A DNA stretch of 64,000 bases from NCBI GenBank assembly GCA_963808235.1, contig CAWEEQ010000004.1, positions 781,084-845,083 of the forward strand. The letters run 5' to 3'. The stretch is from an uncultured delta proteobacterium (GTDB lineage Bacteria > Desulfobacterota > Binatia > Binatales > Binataceae). The notes under the pieces are model-generated. The model was not told the DNA's origin, made no database searches, and saw only the letters and a list, made by a program, of their open reading frames with translations. The position numbers and the translations under genes were made by a program. Numbering within the stretch: position 1 is the stretch's first letter; every line of letters starts with the position of its first letter. Positions 53,853 to 62,109 of the stretch are shown one piece after another.

Positions 53853-55274
53853 ATGGCAGATCGGTCGCGATGGCAGATTCCGGTTACAACGGTACCCGCA
53901 ATCGTACTTGTGTTGCTTGGTTACGATGGCTTGAACTCGCTCATTGGGGGAGCGCAGGCGATCGTTCCAACGCTGACTTACGTTTCAACATCGAATGGCG
54001 CGACCTTTTTCGTATCTCTTGATGGCAGAGATTCGGGGGCGGGTAGCTCGGGTTCTCCGTGGCGGACGATTCAAAAAGCGGCCGACACGTTGCAGCCCGG
54101 GCAGACCGCGATAGTAGCGGCCGGCAACTACGGCGAGCGGGTGGAGATTTCGCATTCGGGGACGCGGACGGCTCGGATCACATTACGAGCCGCGAGCGGT
54201 GCGGACGTTCAGCTCCTGGGCTTCGATCTTACCGGAAGCAACTGGGTGCTGAGCGGGTTTGATATCTCCACCCGCAGGAACGGGCGCCAGGGCTATGGGA
54301 TCCACGTGTCCGGTTCGGCCTCGCACGACATTATTCAGAACAACTACATCCATGAACTTTGCCGCGAGGGGATTTTCATGGAGTCGGGAGTCTCGTACAT
54401 TTCGGTTCTCAACAACCGCATCTGGCGGGCCGAGATGGCGGGTGCGCAGGTCGACGGCACCGACGACCTGATCGAAGGCAACGAAGTCTGGGGAACTCAG
54501 CAGGAGCCGGTCCGGGCCGGTGGAATCTATTCGGGATGCGTAACGCCCGACGGCGCCGACGCGGACGCGTTCCGCTTCTTCGGGCAGCATAACGTGTTCC
54601 GATCCAACTACGCGCACGACGTCTACACCGCGTTGCCGACCAACCCCGATCCGCATACCGACTGCTTTCAGACCTGGGGCAGCACCGCGATGAAGGTGGA
54701 CGACATCCTCATCGAGCGAAACGTCTGCCGCTGGCCGGTCGCGTCGACCAAGGTGGACGCGTCGACCGCGATGATCGAGGGAATCGACGGGCCGGTGGGA
54801 ACAGTGACCTTCCAGAACAACCAACTGTCGAATATGCGGCAGGGGATTGTCGTCGGGAATAAGGTCGAGGCGCTGAAGATCTACAACAACACCTGGGACC
54901 ACATCGTGGAAGAAGCGCTGATCTTCAACGACACGAGATCTCCTGCCGACGAGATCATCAACAATATTTTCTATGACGTCGGCGCTGGCGGCGATGCTTA
55001 CGCGTCGGTTCCGAGCGGCAGCCCGCTCTTCCGGAGCAACGTCTTCTACATGCCGGGCGGTGCCAGCGTTGGCACTTATCCGAGCGTGGAGCCCTATACA
55101 AGCGTCGATCCGAGGTTCGCCAACCCCGGCGACTCGACCGGTGCCGGCGCCGATCTGCATCTCCAGGAAAGCTCGCCGCTCAAGCGCTCCGGGGTAACGC
55201 TTCCCCAGGTTACCGATGACTACTACGGAACCAGCCGCGCCGGTGCGGCGTACTCAGTGGGTGCCGCGCGATGA
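53853..55274 (+). CDS. secreted right-handed parallel beta-helix protein (module-family gene A)
   Basis: Signal/anchor VTTVPAIVLVLLGY. FFVSLDGRDSGAGSSGSPWRTIQKAADTLQPGQTAIVAAGNYGE is a DUF1565/pectate-lyase-fold entry. Repeated N..I....G turns follow. A GTG at 53811 is an alternative start. Confidence 0.72.
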   Translation: MADRSRWQIPVTTVPAIVLVLLGYDGLNSLIGGAQAIVPTLTYVSTSNGATFFVSLDGRDSGAGSSGSPWRTIQKAADTLQPGQTAIVAAGNYGERVEISHSGTRTARITLRAASGADVQLLGFDLTGSNWVLSGFDISTRRNGRQGYGIHVSGSASHDIIQNNYIHELCREGIFMESGVSYISVLNNRIWRAEMAGAQVDGTDDLIEGNEVWGTQQEPVRAGGIYSGCVTPDGADADAFRFFGQHNVFRSNYAHDVYTALPTNPDPHTDCFQTWGSTAMKVDDILIERNVCRWPVASTKVDASTAMIEGIDGPVGTVTFQNNQLSNMRQGIVVGNKVEALKIYNNTWDHIVEEALIFNDTRSPADEIINNIFYDVGAGGDAYASVPSGSPLFRSNVFYMPGGASVGTYPSVEPYTSVDPRFANPGDSTGAGADLHLQESSPLKRSGVTLPQVTDDYYGTSRAGAAYSVGAAR

Positions 55275-55508
55275 TTGTCACTATGGGGACACCGTCGCGC
55301 GCAGTCGGCCGTGGACGGGCAGACCGGTTGCGCGATCCCTCATGTGTCAGGGGCGTAGCCTCTCTGCGACAGTTTGTTGCACCTTCCGCAAACAAGGAAC
55401 CAGTTGTCTTAGTGAGTTGTAGCGAATCACTACAACGCGCAACGGCACATTTCGTGCTCCGCAGACTTGTTGGATTCTCGCGTCGCTTTAGGTTGATCGG
55501 GTTCGCAT

Positions 55509-55583
55509 CGGAGCGTTGCTGTCGCTCCGGTGCGGACCAATTCAAAGCTCCAGCCGGAGCGTTGCTGTCGTTCCGGCGCGGAC
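55509..55583 (+). repeat. two copies of a 29-bp hairpin-forming direct repeat
   Basis: cggagcgttgctgtcgctccggtgcggac (55509-55537) and cggagcgttgctgtcgttccggcgcggac (55555-55583). Each folds as CGGAGCG-TTGCTGT-CG(C/T)TCCG. Confidence 0.85.
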
Positions 55584-55721
55584 GGAAACAAACGGAGCGC
55601 GCCGGCAAATGCCCCGCGCTCAGGGGAAAAGGAGTGCGACACTGATGTATCGGTAACTTGCGATGGAGTGCTGTCCATCGCAGGTACCGATCCCACATTG
55701 CACCAAAGCGTTTTTAAGTCA

Positions 55722-55755
55722 GGCGCCACGTGTTGCCTTTAGTGATCGTGGCGTC
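55722..55755 (+). promoter_or_regulatory. conserved 5'-UTR stem-loop upstream of gene B (second copy at 58031-58064 upstream of gene C)
   Basis: GGCGCCACG-[tgttgcctttagtgat]-CGTGGCGTC versus GGCACCGCG-[tgttgcctttagtggt]-CGTGGTGCC: a 9-bp stem kept by a compensatory G-C to A-T change and wobble swaps. GGGGGAG RBS follows. Confidence 0.55.
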
Positions 55756-55772
55756 GGGCTTGGGGGAGAAAA

Positions 55773-57860
55773 ATGGCAACAGAAAAGGCCTTGGGCCTGC
55801 GCAGGCTAATCCTTGTCGCGGCGATCGGATTTCTTCTGATCCTGCTCGGTCACAGCCGGGCATACGCTGCGAGTCCCATCCACATTAACAAACCGGCACC
55901 CGACTCGGTCGTCTCCGACTTGGTGACCACGCTGGTTCGGGTCAAGCCGAAGGTCGCCAAGATAGTTTTCATGCTCGATGGCAACCCGCTGTCGACCACT
56001 ACCTCAACCAGCTTCACCTGGAATTCGGCGACGGTTGCGAACGGGATGCATACCATCGCCGCCAGCGCCTACTCTTCATCCAACCAGTTGCTGAAGACGG
56101 TCACCGAGCAAATCAGAGTTGCGAACAAAAAACCTCCTCCGCCGACTCGTACTCCGACGCCAACCTCCACGCCGACGGCCACCCCGGTGCTTTCGTTCGT
56201 GTCTCCGACCAGCGGGCAGACGCTCAGCGGATCGATAAGCGTCGCGCTGTCATTCTCGAGCCCACCATCGCAAACCAACCCTGGCGCGGTTTGGTGGACC
56301 GAATTGTCCGTCGACGGTGCACCGGTGGTTTCCGGATACAACAATTTGCCCTGGGACACGACCACGGTCGGCAACGGATCGCATACCTTGCGCGTGGATG
56401 GTTACGCGTACAACGGGACAACTTCGATCGGCAATGCGACCATCAACGTGACGGTCAACAACTCGGGCGTAACCGCAACTCCGACGGCTTCATCGACGCC
56501 CACGATCGGCCCGACGCCGACCGTGACCGCTACACACACGGGCACCCCAACCACCGCTCCGACGCCGACTGCGACACGAACGGCGACTCCGACTCTCGGC
56601 GCGACACCGACTGCGACGTCCACCCTGCACGCGACCCCGACTGCGACGTCAACGCCGGGCGGATGCGTCAGCATCACGGCACCGGCTCCCAGCGCGACCG
56701 TCAATGGCATCGTGGCCATCAACACTAACGACACTTGCTCAGGCGCCTGGTTTGAATCGCTCTACGTCGACGGCGCGCATGTTTCCGACTTTCCGGTCGG
56801 ACAGATCATGTTCACGAGCACTAGCTACGCCAACGGGATGCACACCATCCAGGTGACCAGCCAGAGCACCAATCCGGGTTCGGTCCAGCTTGGCAGCGCG
56901 TCCGAAGCGTTGAACGTGCAGGCGGGTTCGGCGACCAAGACAGCCACCGCGACGCCTACCACGAAGCCGAGCGCGACGCCGACGCCGGGAGGGGGCCATT
57001 ACTCAATGATGGGACCCGGAGCGTCTCTGCCGAGCGAAGCGGCTTGCGTCAGCGCGGTGAACGCGTCGCCTATTCCGGAGAACGCGCCGTGGAACCAGGA
57101 CGACGGCACCGGCTTTAACTCGAATCTGCCTCCATCCGGCGGTGTGCCGGCGTACTTCTACGCCAACGCGCCGTGCTGCAACGAATTGCCGCATGCGGAT
57201 TTTGCCAACGTCGACGGAAACTATTCGGGCTCCACAGATGACCTCATCCGAATCACCGCCTGCAAGTGGGGTATCGACGAAGACTACGTGCGCTCGCAGG
57301 CGTGGATCGAATCCGATTGGCATCAGGACTGCTCCGCGGCGCATGGCGGCTCCGACTGTCAGGAAGGCGGCGATATGGACAGCCCGAGCGGCGATCCGTC
57401 AGGCCTGGCGGTCACTTCGATATCGCCGGGAGGCGTATTCAGCGCCTTCAACGGATTTGGAAATCCCGGCGGCCCAACCGATCACTGGGATTCGTGGAGC
57501 ATCGTTCAGACCAAGGTGTACTACGAGTGGATGACGTGGCCGATGATGGAGGAGTCCACGCCTTTCGGGCTCGATTTTCGCTACGCGGAGATGCGCGGTT
57601 GCGTCAACGGCGATCAATATAGCTACTACAATAGCCAGTCATCCGCGCAGGGCACTGACTATCAGAATGCCGTCAATGCCGCCCGCAACAATCCGAACGG
57701 AGCATCGGCAGTCACAGGCTGGACCAACCTTCAGTACCTTTCGTACGGATGCATCGACACCCACTTTTCCGGCGACTGGTTCAACGGCACAGCCGACAGC
57801 TATCTGAACGAGTTCCTGAACAGGTTGGCAACCGCACCGTGGCCGGGCGGTCTGCAGTAG
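55773..57860 (+). CDS. secreted multidomain protein: 3 Ig-like modules, Thr/Pro linkers, Cys/Trp-rich C-terminal domain (gene B)
   Basis: Signal peptide ...LLILLGHSRAYAA. Three roughly 90-aa modules end in ...NGMHTI/NGSHTL... Linkers are TPTPTSTPTATP-type. The C-terminal roughly 310 aa contains AWIESDW ... WSIVQT and is otherwise unassigned. Confidence 0.7.
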   Translation: MATEKALGLRRLILVAAIGFLLILLGHSRAYAASPIHINKPAPDSVVSDLVTTLVRVKPKVAKIVFMLDGNPLSTTTSTSFTWNSATVANGMHTIAASAYSSSNQLLKTVTEQIRVANKKPPPPTRTPTPTSTPTATPVLSFVSPTSGQTLSGSISVALSFSSPPSQTNPGAVWWTELSVDGAPVVSGYNNLPWDTTTVGNGSHTLRVDGYAYNGTTSIGNATINVTVNNSGVTATPTASSTPTIGPTPTVTATHTGTPTTAPTPTATRTATPTLGATPTATSTLHATPTATSTPGGCVSITAPAPSATVNGIVAINTNDTCSGAWFESLYVDGAHVSDFPVGQIMFTSTSYANGMHTIQVTSQSTNPGSVQLGSASEALNVQAGSATKTATATPTTKPSATPTPGGGHYSMMGPGASLPSEAACVSAVNASPIPENAPWNQDDGTGFNSNLPPSGGVPAYFYANAPCCNELPHADFANVDGNYSGSTDDLIRITACKWGIDEDYVRSQAWIESDWHQDCSAAHGGSDCQEGGDMDSPSGDPSGLAVTSISPGGVFSAFNGFGNPGGPTDHWDSWSIVQTKVYYEWMTWPMMEESTPFGLDFRYAEMRGCVNGDQYSYYNSQSSAQGTDYQNAVNAARNNPNGASAVTGWTNLQYLSYGCIDTHFSGDWFNGTADSYLNEFLNRLATAPWPGGLQ

Positions 57861-57877
57861 TCGGCGAAAACGAAACA

Positions 57878-57914
57878 GTTGGGGGCGACTGGATACTCAG
57901 TCAGCGCCCCCAAC
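57878..57914 (+). terminator. GC-rich hairpin after gene B (candidate terminator, no U-tract on + strand)
   Basis: gttgggggcgact-ggatactc-agtc(ag)cgcccccaac, 18 nt after the stop. A second hairpin aaatgtc-actgtgga-gacattt lies at 57914-57935. Confidence 0.45.
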
Positions 57915-58082
57915 AAATGTCACTGTGGAGACATTTAGATAGTCAATAACGATAGTCAGAACCAGGCTGGAACGAGGTCCGATAGTAGGCGCTGGCTGTA
58001 GATTGCCGGGGAATTGGGTTTTTTAAGCCAGGCACCGCGTGTTGCCTTTAGTGGTCGTGGTGCCGGGCTTGGGGGAGAAAAA

Positions 58083-60323
58083 ATGGCAACGGAAAAGGCC
58101 TTGGGCCTGCGCGGGCTGCCGCTTGTCGCGACGGTCGGACTGTTTCTTATGCTGCTCGGTCACGGCCAGGCTTACGCGGCGGGTCCCATCCACATTAATG
58201 CGCCGGCCCCGGACGCGGTCGTCTCCGACATGGTGACGACATTGGTTCGGATCAAGCCGCAGGTCGCTCGGGTAGTTTTCCTGCTTGACGGCAACCTGTT
58301 GGCGTCGACTTCGTCCACCAGCTACACGTGGGATTCGGCGACGGTTGCGAACGGTATGCATACCATCGCGGCCAGCGCCTATACTTCATCCAATCAGTTG
58401 CTGCGCACTGTCTCCGAGCGAATCAGGATTGCGAACAAGCATAAACCGACTCCAACCCCCACTCCGACCACCACGCCGACTGTTACTGCCACTGCCACGA
58501 CCAACCCCACACCGACCGCGACTGCCACCTCGACACGGACGAGGACTCCAACTGTCACCGCGACGACGACCGCGAGTGCCACTGCGACACGAACGGCGAC
58601 TGCGACTGGGACACGAACGGCGAGCCCGACCCCGACTGCGACGTCAACGCCGGGCGGATGCGTCAGCATCACGGCACCGGCTCCCAGCGCGACCGTCAAT
58701 GGCATCGTGGCCATCAACACCAACGACACTTGCTCAAGCGCCTGGTTTGAATCGCTCTACGTCGACGGTGCGCATGTTGCCGATTTTCCGGTCGGACAGA
58801 TCATGTTCACGAGTACGAACTACGCCAATGGAATGCATACCATCCAAGTGACCAGCCAGAGCACCAATCCGGGTTCGGTCCAGCTTGGCAGCGCGTCCGA
58901 AGCGTTGAACGTGCAGCCGGGCGCCACGGCCACGCCGACATCAACCGCGACGCCAACGGCGACCTCCACATCGACTTCGTCGGTCCAGCCGACCCCGACG
59001 GCCACGTCGACGCCCAACGGCTCGACGTTCTACGTATCGCCAACCGGTAGCGACTCGGCGTCTGGCAGTTCGGGCTCACCATGGCGCACGATTCAGAAGG
59101 CAGCGGACACGCTGCTGGCGGGACAGACTGCGATCGTATCGGCAGGCAACTACGGCGAGCGCGTCTCGATCTCGCGCTCCGGCACGTCGTCCAGTCCGAT
59201 CACCTTGCAGGTCGCAAGCGGTGCGGATGCCCAACTCCTCGGCTTCGATCTCACAGGCAGCAACTGGGTTCTGGACGGCTTTGACATCTCGACCCAGACC
59301 AATGGCAGCGAAGGGTACGGGATCCACGTAGACGGTTCGGCCTCGTATGACACGATTCAGAACACCTATATCCATGAACTCTGCCACGAGGGCATTTTCA
59401 TGGAGTCAGGGGTCTCGCACATCTCGGTGCTGAACAACCGCATCTGGCGGGCCGAGATGGCAGGTGTGCAGGCCGATGGCGTGTACGATCTGATCGAGGG
59501 CAACGAAGTCTGGGACACTCAGCAGTATGCGATGAATGCGGGTGGAATTTACTCGGTGTGCACGATTGCCGGCGGCGCCGATGCGGACGCGTTCCGCTTC
59601 TTCGGCCAACATAATGAGTTCCGTTCTAACTACGCACACGACATTTACCACGATATGCCAGGCGATCCGCATCCTACCAATCCCAATCCTCACACCGATT
59701 GCTTCCAAACTTGGGGGAACTCTGCAATGACGGTGAGCGATATTCTATTTGATCGCAACCTTTGTCGCTGGCCAGGAACTAATCAATTTCAGCTTGCAAA
59801 TATAAATTCTACAACGCTTGCAAACATTGGGGTTAATGAAGGCGCAGTAACTAACTTAACCTTTCAAAACAACATACTCTCCAATTCAGGACAGGGAATA
59901 GATATTGAAGGTGGCGTTGGTCCAGTAAACGCTTATAACAATACTTTTGTTCATATAGCGCAGGAAGGATTAGTTTGTAATGGCGCTCGTACATCAGCGG
60001 ACCAGATCATGAACAACATTTTCTACGATGTTGGCGATGGTGGTGATTCGTACACTTCAGGCTGTCAGAATTCAACATTCAATAATAATGACTTCTACAT
60101 GCCGGGCGGCGTCAGCGTCGGCACCTATCCGAACGTCGAGCCGTACCTGAGCCTCGATCCGTTGTTCGTCAACTTCGGCGACGCGACCGGCGGCGGCGGG
60201 GATTTCCATCTGCAGTCCGGCTCGCCGCTAAAAGGCGCCGGGACCACGGTCTCGACCGTCACCAATGACTACTACGGCACCAGCCGGGTGGGGGCAGCAT
60301 ACTCAGTCGGCGCCGCTCAATGA
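58083..60323 (+). CDS. secreted multidomain protein: 2 Ig-like modules, Thr/Pro linkers, beta-helix domain (gene C)
   Basis: The N-terminus is colinear with gene B (MATEKALGLR...). The second Ig-like module is nearly identical to module 3 of gene B. The C-terminal roughly 440 aa is colinear with gene A (STFYVSPTGSDSASGSSGSPWRTIQKAADTL...). Confidence 0.75.
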   Translation: MATEKALGLRGLPLVATVGLFLMLLGHGQAYAAGPIHINAPAPDAVVSDMVTTLVRIKPQVARVVFLLDGNLLASTSSTSYTWDSATVANGMHTIAASAYTSSNQLLRTVSERIRIANKHKPTPTPTPTTTPTVTATATTNPTPTATATSTRTRTPTVTATTTASATATRTATATGTRTASPTPTATSTPGGCVSITAPAPSATVNGIVAINTNDTCSSAWFESLYVDGAHVADFPVGQIMFTSTNYANGMHTIQVTSQSTNPGSVQLGSASEALNVQPGATATPTSTATPTATSTSTSSVQPTPTATSTPNGSTFYVSPTGSDSASGSSGSPWRTIQKAADTLLAGQTAIVSAGNYGERVSISRSGTSSSPITLQVASGADAQLLGFDLTGSNWVLDGFDISTQTNGSEGYGIHVDGSASYDTIQNTYIHELCHEGIFMESGVSHISVLNNRIWRAEMAGVQADGVYDLIEGNEVWDTQQYAMNAGGIYSVCTIAGGADADAFRFFGQHNEFRSNYAHDIYHDMPGDPHPTNPNPHTDCFQTWGNSAMTVSDILFDRNLCRWPGTNQFQLANINSTTLANIGVNEGAVTNLTFQNNILSNSGQGIDIEGGVGPVNAYNNTFVHIAQEGLVCNGARTSADQIMNNIFYDVGDGGDSYTSGCQNSTFNNNDFYMPGGVSVGTYPNVEPYLSLDPLFVNFGDATGGGGDFHLQSGSPLKGAGTTVSTVTNDYYGTSRVGAAYSVGAAQ

Positions 60324-60372
60324 TGGGCGCGGAGGAGATCGAAGATAGTCAATAGCTATAGTCAGAATCAGT

Positions 60373-61695
60373 TCAGAGCGACGTCCGGTAATAGTGAATC
60401 GATTGCCGCAACCCGCCTCCGAGGCGGGTGCGGATGTACCCCAGCATCTCATTCGTCAGCAGGTACTTGGGGCGCAGATAAACGCCGCCATTGTTGAGCG
60501 AGAACAGGATGCGGTGGAATTTCCAGTTGTTGAAATTGCGCAGCAGCCGGAACCGCGCCGATACTCCCAGCGTCTGTATCCCGAAAGGGAACTTGAAGCC
60601 AAACCAAAGCGGCTGAGAATTGATCGCCAGGTCGGGCTCGGTCGAATTGTCTATTTCCTCGAGCGAACCCTCCGCCAACCTGAACCTGACCGTCTTGTCG
60701 AGGTCGGGTATCTGAATAGTCACTGGACGGAGCATCCGTAGCAGGAGCATCGAGTATTTGTCGCGCATCTGCGCGGCAAGACCGTCGTAAGCGGCAACAA
60801 TTTCAGGCATCGATTTGCTCTCGACCGGATCGTACGTGCGCTCATCGACGCTCGGCAGTTGATCGAATCGCGTCAGCGCATCCGACGAATCGTGTTCGGC
60901 GCCAACTTCGTAGATATCCCCCGGATACAGCACCACTGCGCGCTGACCTTGGCGGCTTAAATAATTGGCGGCGTCGCGCGCGGAATTCGCAAAATTATTG
61001 ACGTACTTGTTGTCGAGGCTCGAAAAGTAGATGAAGCTCGCAAACGGGATTGTCGCTTTCGCATCCAGGCCGCGATGCACTGAAGATACATTTTCGAGAA
61101 TCTGCGCAGCTCGCTGCGGCAGAAATTTCTCATGCGGCTCAAAGCCGGCGTAGGCGGCCAGCGAGAACTGATTAAGGAGAACATCGACGCGTCCGATGTC
61201 GTGCAGGATGCCCTTGCATTCGCCGGCGCTGATGCGTGCGTCGTTGGCGTTGAAGATGACTTGTCCTTTACTCAGTACCGCCAGCGCGGAGTCCATTATC
61301 CCGGCGTGATAGCAATATACTTTCGTCGCATCGGGCTTGCTGCTCAGCGATACGATCATCCGATGCGGCAGCCGCTGAAATCGCTCATAGCCAAGCTTGC
61401 GAAACGCCGCGAACATCTTTGTGTAATCGCGATCCTGAAAGAGGATCGTCACCCGCGCTTTGAAGTCAGCCGGAAATGATCCGAGGGTCGGGAAGTGACA
61501 ATGATCGGGATGCTCGTGCGAGATCCAGATGTACTCGACCTTGTCGAGCACCGCCTGGTCGAACTTTGGTTCCGGCAGCAGAGTCCATGAGTCGTTGAAA
61601 ATTTTTCCGAATAGCCAGGGATCCATCAGGATCGACGTGTCGGCGCATTCCGCGACGATGCATGCATGTCCGACAAAGTGAATTTTCATGAGCAC
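60373..61695 (-). CDS. MBL-fold metallo-hydrolase with long C-terminal extension (paralog 1)
   Basis: 440 aa; KIHFVGHACI...DPW...IWISHEHPDHCH (HxHxDH). The roughly 300-aa C-terminal part has no family I can name. Confidence 0.65.
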   Translation of the reverse strand: MLMKIHFVGHACIVAECADTSILMDPWLFGKIFNDSWTLLPEPKFDQAVLDKVEYIWISHEHPDHCHFPTLGSFPADFKARVTILFQDRDYTKMFAAFRKLGYERFQRLPHRMIVSLSSKPDATKVYCYHAGIMDSALAVLSKGQVIFNANDARISAGECKGILHDIGRVDVLLNQFSLAAYAGFEPHEKFLPQRAAQILENVSSVHRGLDAKATIPFASFIYFSSLDNKYVNNFANSARDAANYLSRQGQRAVVLYPGDIYEVGAEHDSSDALTRFDQLPSVDERTYDPVESKSMPEIVAAYDGLAAQMRDKYSMLLLRMLRPVTIQIPDLDKTVRFRLAEGSLEEIDNSTEPDLAINSQPLWFGFKFPFGIQTLGVSARFRLLRNFNNWKFHRILFSLNNGGVYLRPKYLLTNEMLGYIRTRLGGGLRQSIHYYRTSL

Positions 61696-62109
61696 TCTCC
61701 GGCAGATTCTGGAGGTCTCGCTTGGGCGTCTCTGAGTGTGGTTCCTAGAGCACGCCGCTTGCCCTAAAAGCGTAACATTAAAGTTTAGTCAAGGCAAATC
61801 AGTATAGGTCAATCTATTTAAAGTCACTCTCGATATTGACTAATTCTCAACTCACGTTAATTTAACTAGATTTTTGTTACTTGTGCTAGCTTCTAAAATC
61901 TGTTACTTTGGACCTAAGCCATTTGCAAGGGCCAGTGAGCGAGAAATGGTAAGAGAAACGGGATGTTTCAGGTCAATCTGGCCGTCAGTGTCGCAAACTT
62001 TGAACAAGGAACCGGGCTTGAGCGCTCGCAACATGCTTGAGCCGATAACATCTGTATCCAATGGGAAAGGGGGCGGCGTGGAGGAACACGGCCGCCGGGG
62101 GTTTAACCC

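Noticed and set aside
55590-55640. Possible c-di-GMP (GEMM-I) riboswitch because of GGCAAA and GGGGAAAAGGAG near an EPS-related gene
   Set aside because: The conserved GACGCAAAGCC-type core and the tetraloop/receptor arrangement are not present. The resemblance is only superficial, and an Infernal search would settle it.
56460-56640. Short reiterated DNA units (ccgactgcgac...) that could look like a repeat array or CRISPR (also 58440-58640)
   Set aside because: The units are irregular, in-frame and encode Thr/Pro/Ala linkers. There is no repeat-spacer periodicity and there are no cas genes.
56402-56734. 110-aa minus-strand ORFs (also 58394-58729) with VAVGV repeats
   Set aside because: They are the antisense reading of the Thr/Pro linker DNA of genes B and C. 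Their apparent conservation only reflects the plus-strand paralogy.
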